Source: Eutreptiella sp. 'Long Island Sound 2002' | Taxonomy: Eukaryota > Protista > Euglenida | Direction: 5' to 3' | NCBI GenBank assembly: GCA_964036045.1 | Contig: OZ038378.1 | Location: 166,904,001-166,968,000, forward strand | DNA length: 64,000 bases | In this document: piece by piece, positions 63,451 through 64,000 of the stretch | Numbering within the stretch: position 1 is the first letter of the stretch | How the letters are laid out: the number at the start of each line of letters is the position of its first letter | Notes under the pieces: generated by a model | Seen by the model: only the letters and a program-made list of their open reading frames with translations | The model's database searches: none | What the model was told of the DNA's origin: nothing | Made by a program: the position numbers and the translations under genes

Positions 63451-64000
63451 TCTAACATCAAAACCTTCCACTTGGATAAGGTGTCACAACAATAGCCACT
63501 GTGATTGCAGAAGGGGCCACCTCAGATAGGCGGGAAACGGCATCGGCAGGCACCGGTTGAGACCTCACGCAGAAGAGGTGCATTAGGGTCCCTGACCACC
63601 ACAAAAGGGTGAAAGTTCGCCTTAGAGTTTTATTTTGTGTGACAACCCGAGGGGTCGCAGACAATTTACGCATGCTTGCCAGTGTTGCCGTATTATCACC
63701 CACGGCACTAGCGGAGTTCCAGCCAAATCATTGCACCAGTTTGGCTGCATGTCCCATCCCTTGTAGTTCCGCTTGCTGCTGGTTCTGCCAGAAAAATGTC
63801 CTAGTTCTCGTTGCCCCATTACGACACGACACCCCCACCGTGTACCCCCCCCTCCTTTGCCTCAGCAGCAACAACTGCCACCCAGGGGGATAGTCGGGGG
63901 GTTGAGGGGGCACTAGCTGTCAGTCCATGGACAGGCACCAAACCAATCGGGAAAGTGTCCATCATGCTGAGGGTCATTTTGCGTGAGAGGCTGTGGGCAA

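Overview
Eukaryotic nuclear DNA, most likely from a photosynthetic euglenid (Eutreptiella/Euglena-like). This is inferred from a green-algal-type PsbQ carrying a euglenid-style multi-part presequence and from an SL-like 5' UTR motif. Three spliced host genes can be reconstructed by hand. (1) psbQ on the minus strand, 2 exons, 13229-12181. (2) An 8-exon, N-terminally membrane-anchored Ppx/GppA (ASKHA) family phosphatase on the plus strand, 17187-27611. (3) A Pro/Ser-rich protein with two tandem RING-HC fingers on the plus strand, from about 32907, with probable terminal exons at 42243-42599 and 44506-44637. The rest is mostly transposon debris: a pogo/Tc5 transposase relic, a Harbinger/IS5-like DDE relic, LINE relics, MITEs, and micro- and minisatellites. 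The right end holds a nested stack: a DIRS/VIPER/TATE-like RT gene split by a 5'-truncated LINE (TSD of at least 24 bp, oligo-A tail). That LINE is itself split by a 1.96-kb foldback element with 24-bp TIRs, a 5-bp TSD and a recurring 18-bp palindrome. The best leads are the spliced-leader-like relic just upstream of the psbQ ATG, the foldback element, and the anchored Ppx/GppA protein with one splice junction that does not resolve cleanly. No rRNA, tRNA or CRISPR features were recognised. All homology calls come from manual motif recognition; no database search was run.
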